NCBI GenBank assembly: GCA_965200155.1
Contig: CBDATR010000010.1
Span: forward strand, 320,001 to 384,000
Reading direction: 5' to 3'
DNA length: 64,000 nt
Source of the DNA: Nitrosopumilaceae archaeon
Lineage (GTDB): Archaea; Thermoproteota; Nitrososphaeria; Nitrososphaerales; Nitrosopumilaceae
Each line of letters begins with the position of its first letter. Position 1 is the stretch's first letter. The translations under genes were made by a program, and so were the position numbers. Shown one piece after another: positions 43,571 through 52,889 of the stretch. The notes below the pieces were generated by a model. It was given only the letters and a program-made list of their open reading frames with translations, was not told the origin of the DNA and ran no database searches.

Positions 43571-43712
43571 GGTCCGTTTAGGTCTTCTCTGGGGTAACCA
43601 CTTAAAACTTACCGCGAACATGCCCTTCCTACCTCTTCTATCATAATGCCTCACATGTGCCCATGAATTCATAGTCTAGATGTATTATCTTTAGCGTGAC
43701 CTAAATGGTTAC
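43571..43712. mobile_element. Family-B MITE (degenerate)
   Basis: CCGTTTAGGTC...GTGACCTAAATGGTTAC, interior similar to 41214-41354. Confidence 0.68.
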
Positions 43713-43938
43713 CACTGGATTGGCTACATGTTGAAGATACGCGAGCTTTGGCAGGGAATAGTTTGAGATCTTTGAATTATCATTATCACCCATTTATTTC
43801 TGAATGCTGGTACGCTAGTGTCTAATTTCTGGGTATGTGAATTATTTGGGTATTGGCGTATGCAATGTAGATATGAAATAATTCAGGAAACTGTTGTCAC
43901 GCAAACAACATTAAATAATTCCAAATTTGGGTTATATT

Positions 43939-44607
43939 ATGAATCGTTACGTGCCAATGGCAGTAGTATTTGTCTCTGTTCTAGTCGTGGCTAGCTCGGT
44001 CGCCTTCTCACAGCAGAGTATGGTGCCGGACTGGTTAAAGATTACTGCAGGATGGTGGTCGCAAAACTTGGTTGGTGATGATGATTTTATACGCGTTGTG
44101 GCATGGCTTGTGGATAATGGTTATATTGTAACAGATTCTGAGGACAAAAATCAGATTATACTACGCGAAGACAAGTACAGTATAATGCAACCATCCGGTT
44201 GGGAGTGGCAGACGCCATTACGGGATGATCCCATACTGGGAACGTTGGATCGCATGATAATGCGCGATACTATAGATGAGGATGTGCCCAGCGCGATATC
44301 GGTATCAACTGTTGCCATGAAAGGTGACACCTTGGAGGCGCACAGAGAATGGGGGCTGGTTTTAGTGGATGATATCTTGGGTGATGCCTTTAATCACACC
44401 TCTGCAACGTCCACTGTTGTACTGGGCAATCCGGGATACATTGATGAGTATACCGTGAACATACCAAAAATACAGATTCAGGGTAAATCGTACAATTTTG
44501 TGCACGATGGTATCGTTTATGAGATCAAATACGAGACAGATGCAAAAAGCTATGAAAAGTATCTTTCTGTCTTTGAGGACGTGATGGACACATTCATGCT
44601 AATGTAG
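43939..44607 (+). CDS. Secreted thaumarchaeal protein (P.W.K..AGWW motif + PsbP-like domain)
   Basis: Signal peptide, VPDWLKITAGWW..DDDF, C-terminal Y..Y...F..VMDTF. Confidence 0.75.
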   Translation: MNRYVPMAVVFVSVLVVASSVAFSQQSMVPDWLKITAGWWSQNLVGDDDFIRVVAWLVDNGYIVTDSEDKNQIILREDKYSIMQPSGWEWQTPLRDDPILGTLDRMIMRDTIDEDVPSAISVSTVAMKGDTLEAHREWGLVLVDDILGDAFNHTSATSTVVLGNPGYIDEYTVNIPKIQIQGKSYNFVHDGIVYEIKYETDAKSYEKYLSVFEDVMDTFMLM

Positions 44608-44650
44608 ATAGCAGATCATTTTTTATCCGCCCCTAACATGGTTGTAATAC

Positions 44651-45142
44651 ATGGAGTCTGGCGAACATATACACGCACACCTGCTTTCTGTGTGGAGGGA
44701 ATCGCGCAAGTTCCTCAGTATGGGCGGTAAAGAGGGCATGCTAGTACTTACCGATAACCATCTCATCTTCATTCAAAAGACTACCGCAAAGTCTGAGTGG
44801 TGGAATGCGCTGAGGCGCAGGCAAGTACTAAGACTTCTCAAGTCTACCGATACCATGATCACCCATGATGGTTACGACGAATCAATTCTTGTACGCGATA
44901 TGGAGAATCCCAAAAATCTGGAGCTTACCTTTGATAACATATTGGACATATACCACCAGGAGAAAGACTGGGGAAGCGTCCTTTACCTAGAATATGTTGA
45001 CAAGGGGAAAAAAGAGAAATACCAGTACTCGATAGCCCAGGACTGGGTAAAGTACCCGGCCAAGGATGCTCTCAAGTTCATGAAGGTGAATTGGGAACCA
45101 TTTGTGTCGTTCATAAGGGCGCGACAAAGGGTAACCAGATGA
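44651..45142 (+). CDS. Hypothetical protein (PH/GRAM-like motif)
   Basis: GMLVLTDNHLIF motif, overlaps the cbiE start. Confidence 0.7.
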   Translation: MESGEHIHAHLLSVWRESRKFLSMGGKEGMLVLTDNHLIFIQKTTAKSEWWNALRRRQVLRLLKSTDTMITHDGYDESILVRDMENPKNLELTFDNILDIYHQEKDWGSVLYLEYVDKGKKEKYQYSIAQDWVKYPAKDALKFMKVNWEPFVSFIRARQRVTR

Positions 45143-45855
45143 TGAGAGTATTCGCGGTGGGTGTGGGACCCGGCTCTCCTGCATGTGTCACCAGGGAGGC
45201 TGAAGAAATTATTACAAAATGTGATGTTGTGGCAGGATACCGCTATACCATAGATACTATACAGCATCTTCTAGGCGACCAACAGGTATATCACGTAACC
45301 ATGTTCAACCAGGAAGATATCTACCAGAGTATAAGACAGACTCTGGGTGAGAAAATGCTTGTAATTCCATTTACCGGCGATGTCAACTTTTCCGAGTCTG
45401 AAGTGGTGGATAGGCTGTCTGAGATATTTGGTAGCGTCCAACTAGTGCCCGGTATAAGCTCCGTGCAGGTGGCCGCCTCAAGATCTTGTATACCTCTGGA
45501 CAAGGCTAGGGTGATAACCATGCATGTAACCGGAGATATCGCGGCAAAGAAGCGTCGCATGATAAGTGCATTGCGTGACGGACTAAGTGTCATACTGGTG
45601 CCCCGGCCATGGCCCCGGAGGCCTGATCTGGAATTCATGCCTCACCAGATAGTTGATCACATCTCCGCAAATGGCATAGACGTGAGTAACCTGAGAATTC
45701 ATGTATATGAAAACCTGACCACACCGGAGGAGCGCGTATTCAGTGGGGATATAGATCAGCTAAAAAACCAACGATTCTCGGATATGTTGGTTATGGTAAT
45801 AGACCAAAACAAGCCAGACTCATACATGAATTATGTCTGGCAATGGAAAAAGTAA
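45139..45855 (+). CDS. cbiE: Cobalt-precorrin-7 / precorrin-6Y C5-methyltransferase
   Basis: VGVGPGS, TGD, VPGISSVQVAA, ENLT.PEERV and FSD. Confidence 0.9.
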   Translation: MMRVFAVGVGPGSPACVTREAEEIITKCDVVAGYRYTIDTIQHLLGDQQVYHVTMFNQEDIYQSIRQTLGEKMLVIPFTGDVNFSESEVVDRLSEIFGSVQLVPGISSVQVAASRSCIPLDKARVITMHVTGDIAAKKRRMISALRDGLSVILVPRPWPRRPDLEFMPHQIVDHISANGIDVSNLRIHVYENLTTPEERVFSGDIDQLKNQRFSDMLVMVIDQNKPDSYMNYVWQWKK

Positions 45856-46074
45856 CAACTAGTCCTAATATGGCATAGCCTGCCAGACGGCAAGCACTGA
45901 ATGTAGCTCCAGTTTACTGGTGACTGGCATATGATAGAAATGGGGTTGGATTGCGAGGTGACTTGATCATTATTCCGGACTGGGAATCTTGACTGCTTGG
46001 TGCAACCAATACGCGCTTGTTTCCAATCTAGATGTTGCAAACGTTTCATCCATGTTTGCGATTACTCGCAGGTA

Positions 46075-46464
46075 TTATCCCAGCCATTCCATAATGTCCT
46101 GCATACAACTTGATCTAACTGTTATCCTAATTGGACCTAAGGGAGACTCCTCGGAATTCTCGCACACTGCTGCAACTCCTGCATATGCCGCCTGCTTGTT
46201 CAGGTAGAACCATGTTTCACTATTGCCTGCGTTATGTCGTACGTTCCGGCCTAAACTGCCCTGAGATTGTCTTGACACGATCATGTCATATAAAATGCGC
46301 AGGGGGGCAGCATTGTCGCTAACTACTTTGACATATGACTTGGCTACAGTACTGGTAGATTCTGGCAATACGTTTGATACGGCATCCAGTACCTTGTCGG
46401 GGTCTTCTGATGGATTGATCGCTGTCCATGCTTCCACATTACAGGATGGTAAATGCAAGTTCAT
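46075..46464 (-). CDS. DUF54/UPF0201 RNA-binding-domain protein
   Basis: INPSEDPDKV..AV.N, LNKQAA..G and SPLGPI. Confidence 0.88.
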   Translation of the reverse strand: MNLHLPSCNVEAWTAINPSEDPDKVLDAVSNVLPESTSTVAKSYVKVVSDNAAPLRILYDMIVSRQSQGSLGRNVRHNAGNSETWFYLNKQAAYAGVAAVCENSEESPLGPIRITVRSSCMQDIMEWLG

Positions 46465-47006
46465 GCTTCCCAGCCCTGTACAATCCTGTGTGCCACATCT
46501 ACTAACTCTTCCCGGGCCATGCTACTGTTTGAGATGGACGCGTCCGCCAATGCTATGGGGTCGCTGATTCCAACGCTTAACTCACGCCGATCTCGTTTAC
46601 TCATCTCGTCTCTTGTATCCGGGTCATCGGTTCGTCCGCGCCTTATCAGAAAATCTAGTCTTGTATCCGTGGATGCGTGTACTGCTAAAAGCTTGACATC
46701 ACCACATTCCCGCAGCACATCTAATTCATACTCTGATCTAACCCCGTCGACGATAACAGTCCCAGTATTCTTTACGACTTGGGGCTTGATCAGCTGTGCA
46801 ACTACTCCGGGTCCGTGTTTTTGGCGCACCTCCAGCATTAAATTTCCTAGGTTTTCTCCGGTAGGCTCTATTCCGCGTTCACTTGCCTCTACACGTATGG
46901 CATTTCCCATATTTAGCACTGGATAGCCTTTGGTTTCCAGGCCGTTAGCTATGGTGGACTTACCTGCGCCTGGCATCCCTACAATACATACTATAATCTT
47001 AGACAA
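46461..47006 (-). CDS. UPF0200 P-loop kinase (dephospho-CoA kinase-like)
   Basis: GMPGAGKS, MG..IR, VDGVRS..E, RGRTDD and RD.REL..G. Confidence 0.88.
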   Translation of the reverse strand: MSKIIVCIVGMPGAGKSTIANGLETKGYPVLNMGNAIRVEASERGIEPTGENLGNLMLEVRQKHGPGVVAQLIKPQVVKNTGTVIVDGVRSEYELDVLRECGDVKLLAVHASTDTRLDFLIRRGRTDDPDTRDEMSKRDRRELSVGISDPIALADASISNSSMAREELVDVAHRIVQGWEA

Positions 47007-47406
47007 TAGCACGACAACAAATCCCTGACCTATGAACCTATAGTGACACCCGTTTAAGTTACTCATCACATCCGCGGCGCCACATCTGCGCAGTGACCAC
47101 GTTTACGTCTTGGTCATGCGCCAAAGTCACTGCAATTCGTTGTGTTACACAGGTAAGCTCATCCACACTGTGAGTATCAAGTTCGATGGCAGGCTTGAGC
47201 GCCCCTCATCACCGTCGCGCAGAGATGGAGTCACACTGCTATAACGGGGCAATACTGGCGCCCGTGTCTTGGTGGAGAAAGTGGTGATGATTTCACCCAT
47301 GACTAAATTTACACCGGAGGTAACTGTGACAACAGTTTGGGCATAGGAGTGAACTTGTACAGTTTTTCACAAATGCAATAAATACCAGTTTTGTACATAT
47401 GGCGCC

Positions 47407-48054
47407 GTGAAACAACTTGATTTGACACTGGAGATATCCAGTACGTTACCCATGTTTCCAGGCACTCCTATTCCTTACATAATACCTTGGAGTACCATGC
47501 GAGTAGACGGCTACATATCGGAGATGCTCTTCATGAGCTCCCATTCGGGTACGCATATGGATGCACCATACCATTTTGATGAGGAAGGTCTCCGTATACA
47601 CCAGTTACCTTTGTCTAGATTGATGGGATGCGCCTTTCTTTTAGACATGCCAAAAGGCGCCCGTCAAGCAATTACAGACAGTGATATCCAAGAATATCAA
47701 AAAATACACGGGAGTATGCCCTACAACTCAGCGATAATATTTCACACCGGCTGGCAAAGCCATCTGCATGACGCAGATTATTTTACGCATAATCCGGGAC
47801 TTGCACCTAGCGCCGCCGAGTATTTGGCCTCAAAACATACAAGTTTGGTGGGTATAGACGCGCCCAGCATCGATGTGGGCGGTGATTCTTTGTTTCCAGC
47901 TCACAAGATACTAGCCCGGTGCGGAACTATAAACGTAGAAAATTTGGCTAATTTGGGCAAAATAGAATCACCAACTTTTCAATATGTCTTCTTACCGTTG
48001 AATATGGCCACGACCGGTTCGCCAATTCGTGCCTTGGCAGTGCTGCCTGATTGA
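47407..48054 (+). CDS. Cyclase family / kynurenine formamidase-like metallohydrolase
   Basis: HSGTHMDAPYHF, VGIDAPSID, ENLANL and GSPIRALA. Confidence 0.92.
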   Translation: MKQLDLTLEISSTLPMFPGTPIPYIIPWSTMRVDGYISEMLFMSSHSGTHMDAPYHFDEEGLRIHQLPLSRLMGCAFLLDMPKGARQAITDSDIQEYQKIHGSMPYNSAIIFHTGWQSHLHDADYFTHNPGLAPSAAEYLASKHTSLVGIDAPSIDVGGDSLFPAHKILARCGTINVENLANLGKIESPTFQYVFLPLNMATTGSPIRALAVLPD

Positions 48055-49227
48055 GTTTCACTATGAGTTAGCGTCTGTTCTTGTCTCCGTAATCGAAAAA
48101 AGACGTGAACCCATATCGTGCATCTGCTAATCCCGTGCCCAATTGCCATTTACCGTTCACAAATCCAGGCATGGATGAACTCGCGCCAACGCAGCAGACA
48201 CGGTCTGGCATAATTGTATAGCGTCCACCATAAGTCTTTGCCGGGTATAGGACCGTACTTATATAGAACCACTAGAGTAAAACCATTGATAACATAATTC
48301 AGACCGTCATTATACCGTTGAAGAATGATAAGGAGTTCTTCCGGCGCGCCAAGATATTTGGTCACACCTCCGATTACGTGTATAACAGGGCGGTATCCGA
48401 GATCACGCTGGGCGGTTACTACATGCCCGGAACCACTCTTGAATTGAAGCATGATCCGGCTAGGGTCAAGAATAAGAACGAGTCCGCCAAGTCACCATAT
48501 GAACTAAAGAAGGGCGTTTCATTATACGTGAATCAGATACCACGTTCTAGAACGGTTATCAAGAGACGGTTTACCCGTCCAACAAGAATGGCTTGTTCCT
48601 GGAATTGACAAAGTGGCGCCCTGATCTGGAGTGGATGCGCGAGTTACAAGCTAACTATGGCCGGGGTGCCATACTACAGGCGTCTGCCGCGTGCAGGCGC
48701 GCGTACGAGGATCATTCTAATTACATACCACACCGGCGTGACTGACAGATCATACTATCATGTGTAGGACCACCAATCTGTCGTGGTGAGTTCGAGTTGG
48801 ACCTGTGCTGTTCTGGTGTGGTGAGAACAACCAAACCAATCGTTCATTCCCGGGACATGCGCTCATTCAAGATAGTGGAACGAGTAACCAATAGTATGGA
48901 GCATCAATTCGAGATTCACATCAATATACGGGAGAAACCATCGACCGGCGTTATTCGCGGTATGGGTGTCGGCGGGAAACATCTAGCTGTAACAGCTGAC
49001 ACGAATGGCAGAACGATTATTCACCACATGAGACATCTTTCCATATTGCGGGAGATTATCTCACTCCAGAGTATTAGAACGCGAAAAGGTAAGCGCAGGA
49101 AGCGAAATATTGAGAAACAAATCACTCAATTACGGCAGAAAGCCAACAACATAACTAACGACTACGTGAATAGAGTAATCCACGCGATCACCAAAGATGC
49201 AGACAAGGTAGTACTAGAGGATTTATC

Positions 49228-49319
49228 GTATGAGTTCACGTCTTCCGGAATCTTGTGCACAAATCACATTAACTGTCGCGATCAGTTGTGCGTAAATTTA
49301 GACACAGGTGAACTCATAC
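49228..49319 (-). mobile_element. Family-A MITE inserted next to the TnpB RuvC-II motif
   Basis: TSD GATTTATC. Confidence 0.95.
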
Positions 49320-49471
49320 GATTTATCACCGAAATCAATCAGTCATGGCGGGAACCGGAAAAGAGCAATGAACCGCTCGATGCGCGAGAATCGCGTCGGC
49401 GAGTTCCGCCGGAAAGTAGTACAAAAGTGGAGGCACTGGGGATTGAATTGGTGGCTGTGCCAGCGAGATAC

Positions 49472-49500
49472 ACGAGTGGGCGGTTTACCCGCCCAACGAG
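49472..49500. repeat. 19-bp hairpin flanked by a 5-bp direct repeat
   Basis: ACGAG-TGGGCGGTTTACCCGCCCA-ACGAG splitting the YTSQTC motif. Confidence 0.85.
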
Positions 49501-49787
49501 CCAGACCTGTCACGTGTGTGGACACGTTGGCAACAAATCACGATCAACTGAGACACATTCAATATGTAACCAGGAATTTCACGCCGATATCAACGCGGCG
49601 TTTAGTAACCGGTTTCCCTGTATGGGGCGGCAGAGCGTGTCGTCCGGGGGCGGGGACCGTTCCCCACCCAACCGGAGGCGCCAGGGCGGGAATAATGGTG
49701 ACAAGCGAAAGTCATGTTCTCAAAGACTTATGGTGACCGCTATACAAATAGACACAATCATAAAATGGTGTATCCGGTGCGCGCATA

Positions 49788-50279
49788 ATGAGTAAGCCCG
49801 GTAATATATGGAGAAAAGTGCACGGCTACATATCAGGGCGACCCACTAACTTTTCCTGGATAGTGCCTAATAGAGTGGCCGGATGCGGGCTTCCCACCAC
49901 CCGTGAGGAGTTTGACTGGTTGTTAGAACAAGGTGTACAGTCGGTGGTGACCACGACCGAAGATGCGCTTTCCGGTTCATGGACCGGCAGAATATCCTAC
50001 TTGCATATACCAACAGTGGATATGACTGCTCCTAGCTTGAAGAACATAAACGATGCGGTAGAATTCATGCATCAAAGTGTCTCGCAGGGTAAGCCTGTGG
50101 TGGTGCACTGTGCTGCGGGGTTGGGCCGGACCGGGACAGTTCTGGCTTGCTATATGATAAAGTACCACAAAATGGATGCTGGCGATGCAATACACGAAAT
50201 TCGCCGCCAAAGACCCGGCTCAATTCAATCATACGTACAGGAAGAAGCCATATTCATGTATCAAAAGCAGCTTAGCTAG
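49788..50279 (+). CDS. Dual-specificity protein phosphatase
   Basis: NFSWI, VHCAAGLGRTG, IR..RPGSIQ...Q. Confidence 0.93.
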   Translation: MSKPGNIWRKVHGYISGRPTNFSWIVPNRVAGCGLPTTREEFDWLLEQGVQSVVTTTEDALSGSWTGRISYLHIPTVDMTAPSLKNINDAVEFMHQSVSQGKPVVVHCAAGLGRTGTVLACYMIKYHKMDAGDAIHEIRRQRPGSIQSYVQEEAIFMYQKQLS

Positions 50280-50418
50280 ATACCTCGGATACCAGTTTAC
50301 CACCCAAAACATTGATGGATACACGTCTTCCTTCCTTGAAGGTCAGTGTAATATTTTCATCGCTCTCTTCCACTGATACCAGCTCAGACATCTTTATTTC
50401 CTCATATGTACTCATCAT
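50272..50418 (-). CDS. Small hypothetical protein (48 aa), absent from the ORF track
   Basis: Manual translation MMSTYEEIKMSELVSVEESDENITLTFKEGRRVSINVLGGKLVSEVSS*. Confidence 0.6.
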   Translation of the reverse strand: MMSTYEEIKMSELVSVEESDENITLTFKEGRRVSINVLGGKLVSEVSS

Positions 50419-50421
50419 GCA

Positions 50422-50574
50422 TCACTCTGGTATGGAGAGACTGGAAATCTTCCCGCCTTCGACCTTCACGAACAAGAACCTATTATCTTTGAAGATAAAG
50501 GTTATGCCCCCTTCCTTGTCTGGCTCCTCTACCTCCAGTAGTGGCTGGCCAAGAAGTCCGTCAAATTTTGCCAT
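50422..50574 (-). CDS. Small hypothetical protein (50 aa), absent from the ORF track
   Basis: Manual translation MAKFDGLLGQPLLEVEEPDKEGGITFIFKDNRFLFVKVEGGKISSLSIPE*. Confidence 0.65.
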   Translation of the reverse strand: MAKFDGLLGQPLLEVEEPDKEGGITFIFKDNRFLFVKVEGGKISSLSIPE

Positions 50575-50899
50575 AATGCTGTTTTATGACTACTACTTAT
50601 ATCCTTAGTGCATTTCCGGAGTGCGGGCTCATCTGTGGCAGCTATCTCATCCATTAATCATGACTCGCCGTTGAAAATGCAATGCCCTCTCCCATCGAAT
50701 AAACCATCAGTTCTTGTGACTGGCGTGATGAGTCCATAATCATATGTACAAATTTTTTGCCGCTTCGTATCAGAACCAATTATCAAGATCAGTTACGTGT
50801 AAATTTCCGCACAGATTAACCACACCATTCACGTGACACAAAACGCGATCATTGGCGCGATGCTATCTGGCACAAGTTGAAAATTTGTCCCAGTATCTA

Positions 50900-51430
50900 T
50901 TACCTGACCCTTACTTCAATACCCTGTATGTTCCCCTTGATGCTAGTTTGCTTCAGGAAATGATGCTTCTGCCAAGAGACGTGCACATCGCCGCTTACTG
51001 TGTGAGTCCCTGATCCTAACTCTGATGCCTTGATAGTGTAGGACTCTTCAAAATCAAAGAGCTCCTGGCGTACCTCTTCCTCGCTCATACGTATTACGGG
51101 CGTAAAGTTCTTTGCAACTTGAACCCATACGCGTTTTTCTTTCATGGGATTTACCAGTTTGGGATTTCTTGTCCAGAATATGGCAGCTCTTTTGTACGTG
51201 TCTATGGGCTTGCCTAACTCCTTCTTCCTTATTCCACCGGCAACTAATCTGACACCATACTTGATCTTGACTGCTACGTCGTTGGCATTGTATGACTCTG
51301 TCCAATTGCTTTCGTTGAATGAATCTCTTCCGTCTCCCACGACTGAGAACTTTACTATTATTCTTACATCCTCGTCCCTCGAATATTCCTCCTTTTCACA
51401 CTCCATTCTTACATTTTTGATCTGACTCAT
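50900..51430 (-). CDS. Hypothetical protein
   Basis: 176-aa ORF with normal composition, divergent from rpoL. Confidence 0.7.
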   Translation of the reverse strand: MSQIKNVRMECEKEEYSRDEDVRIIVKFSVVGDGRDSFNESNWTESYNANDVAVKIKYGVRLVAGGIRKKELGKPIDTYKRAAIFWTRNPKLVNPMKEKRVWVQVAKNFTPVIRMSEEEVRQELFDFEESYTIKASELGSGTHTVSGDVHVSWQKHHFLKQTSIKGNIQGIEVRVR

Positions 51431-51475
51431 ATCTACAATAGTTTATATCCGCAATATTTTCTTTTACAAAGCACC

Positions 51476-51751
51476 GTGGACATACAAGTAATAAGCTCAT
51501 CACAGGGGGAGGAAAAACTTTCCTTCAAAAAGACCGACATTTCCACTCTATACATAGTACAACACGAGATACAAAAGAACCCTGATGTAGACTTTGCAGG
51601 TGTTATAGTTAAACACCCTCTTACTAATGAATGCTGGATGCGCCTCTCCTCAAAATCTGATCCCCGTCAAAATCTATCTAATGCCACCGAGAATGCTGTA
51701 CGTGCAGTCAATGACATGCGGAACGCACTGAACGCGGATATATCGACATGA
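51476..51751 (+). CDS. rpoL: RNA polymerase subunit Rpo11/L
   Basis: PDVDFAG...KHPL motif, coupled to tfs. Confidence 0.88.
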   Translation: MDIQVISSSQGEEKLSFKKTDISTLYIVQHEIQKNPDVDFAGVIVKHPLTNECWMRLSSKSDPRQNLSNATENAVRAVNDMRNALNADIST

Positions 51752-52059
51752 AATTTTGTCCCGTCTGTAAGACGCGACTCCGTCATGCAGAAGGCATAAT
51801 GCTGTGCTCTCAATGCGAATACAAAGAGAGTGGTATTGTTGCGCCCGCTACAAAAATCATACAGGACGAGTCATCGGGGTTCAATGTTTTGGGTGAAGGT
51901 GATCAGCAGGGGACATTGCCTACAGTAAACGTGAACTGTCCCAAGTGTGGTCATGGTGAGGCCGTTTGGTGGATGCTACAGACTAGAAGCGCCGATGAAC
52001 CGACAACACAGTTCTATCGTTGCATCAAATGCGAGCACACTTGGCGTGATTACTCATAG
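51748..52059 (+). CDS. tfs: Transcription factor S
   Basis: MKFCPVC, CPKCGH and QTRSADEPTTQFYRC..C.HTWR. Confidence 0.95.
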   Translation: MKFCPVCKTRLRHAEGIMLCSQCEYKESGIVAPATKIIQDESSGFNVLGEGDQQGTLPTVNVNCPKCGHGEAVWWMLQTRSADEPTTQFYRCIKCEHTWRDYS

Positions 52060-52097
52060 CCGCTTGCAGTTCTACGTATACGTGACGCTGATAATCA

Positions 52098-52808
52098 TTA
52101 TTGGGATTTTTGGCGCCCCGTATGTGTTCCACTGACAGACATGTTCTTGGCCCTGCTTAGAAATTCCACCATTGCCTCTTGGCGTTCCCTACTCATGTTC
52201 ATAAATGACTCCAGCAGGCCACAACACGCCACAAGAAGGCTATCCTTAGGTAGCTTCTCCAGTCTCGACGAATCCAGATCCGCCTCACCCCTGCACCAAT
52301 TCTCCACATGCTGTTGTATGGATATGTACACTAACTCCGGACTACTCTCGGCTATGGCGATTAGCGTACCTGCCTCGGACAGCTCGCTTTCAAGGAACGT
52401 ATTCAGCATACCTGATCGTCCGGGCATCTCGCTTATGGCGAGCGCGACCATAGTACCTTTCACGGTAAGTCCGTAGTATGGATTCCCCTGACTCTGTAGT
52501 GCCTTGGGTCCGCGCCTCATGGGCAATCTTCCTTCCTCTTTTATTACACCGGTGGGCAGCATTATGTCCTTTATGTCCTTGAATACTCCCGGGTATGCCG
52601 TCTGCCACTTTGACTCTGTAGGTCCTGCTATTCTCTTAGCTATGGCAATCCGTGTCCTCTCGTTGGGGTTGCTATGCTGTGCTAGCACACACATGATGGC
52701 GCGTTGTCGTCTTGCCCTGGTGCTAAGCTGACCACTACGCGTCTTGAGGGTTTCAAAAATGGAGAGGCGGGTCTCAGATCGTTTTACATTATATGAGTCT
52801 AGTTTCAT
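52098..52808 (-). CDS. Hypothetical protein, possible winged-helix regulator
   Basis: Basic N-terminus, IAIAKRI and YYGLTVKG wing-like motif. Divergent from amt. Confidence 0.65.
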   Translation of the reverse strand: MKLDSYNVKRSETRLSIFETLKTRSGQLSTRARRQRAIMCVLAQHSNPNERTRIAIAKRIAGPTESKWQTAYPGVFKDIKDIMLPTGVIKEEGRLPMRRGPKALQSQGNPYYGLTVKGTMVALAISEMPGRSGMLNTFLESELSEAGTLIAIAESSPELVYISIQQHVENWCRGEADLDSSRLEKLPKDSLLVACCGLLESFMNMSRERQEAMVEFLSRAKNMSVSGTHTGRQKSQ

Positions 52809-52889
52809 AATATATTATAATTCTTGGATTTTATAAAAGTTATTTTTTTATTACATTTTTTACTATAAATCCTTATATAATATAAAAAA

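Larger units (their letters stand above)
48290..49640 (+). pseudogene. tnpB: TnpB-family RNA-guided nuclease pseudogene
   Basis: FG...YVYNRAV, ELTKW...EWMREL, degenerate RuvC-I GMGVGGKHLAV, VVLEDL, V(P)ARYTS..QTCHVCGH and HADINAA. Frameshifts and insertions; ends approximate. Confidence 0.9.
48217..49744 (+). mobile_element. Non-autonomous TIR-bounded element carrying only tnpB
   Basis: TATAGCGTCCACCATAAGTCTTTG (48217-48240) vs CAAAGACTTATGGTGACCGCTATA (49721-49744), a 22/24 inverted match with TA termini. Confidence 0.82.
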
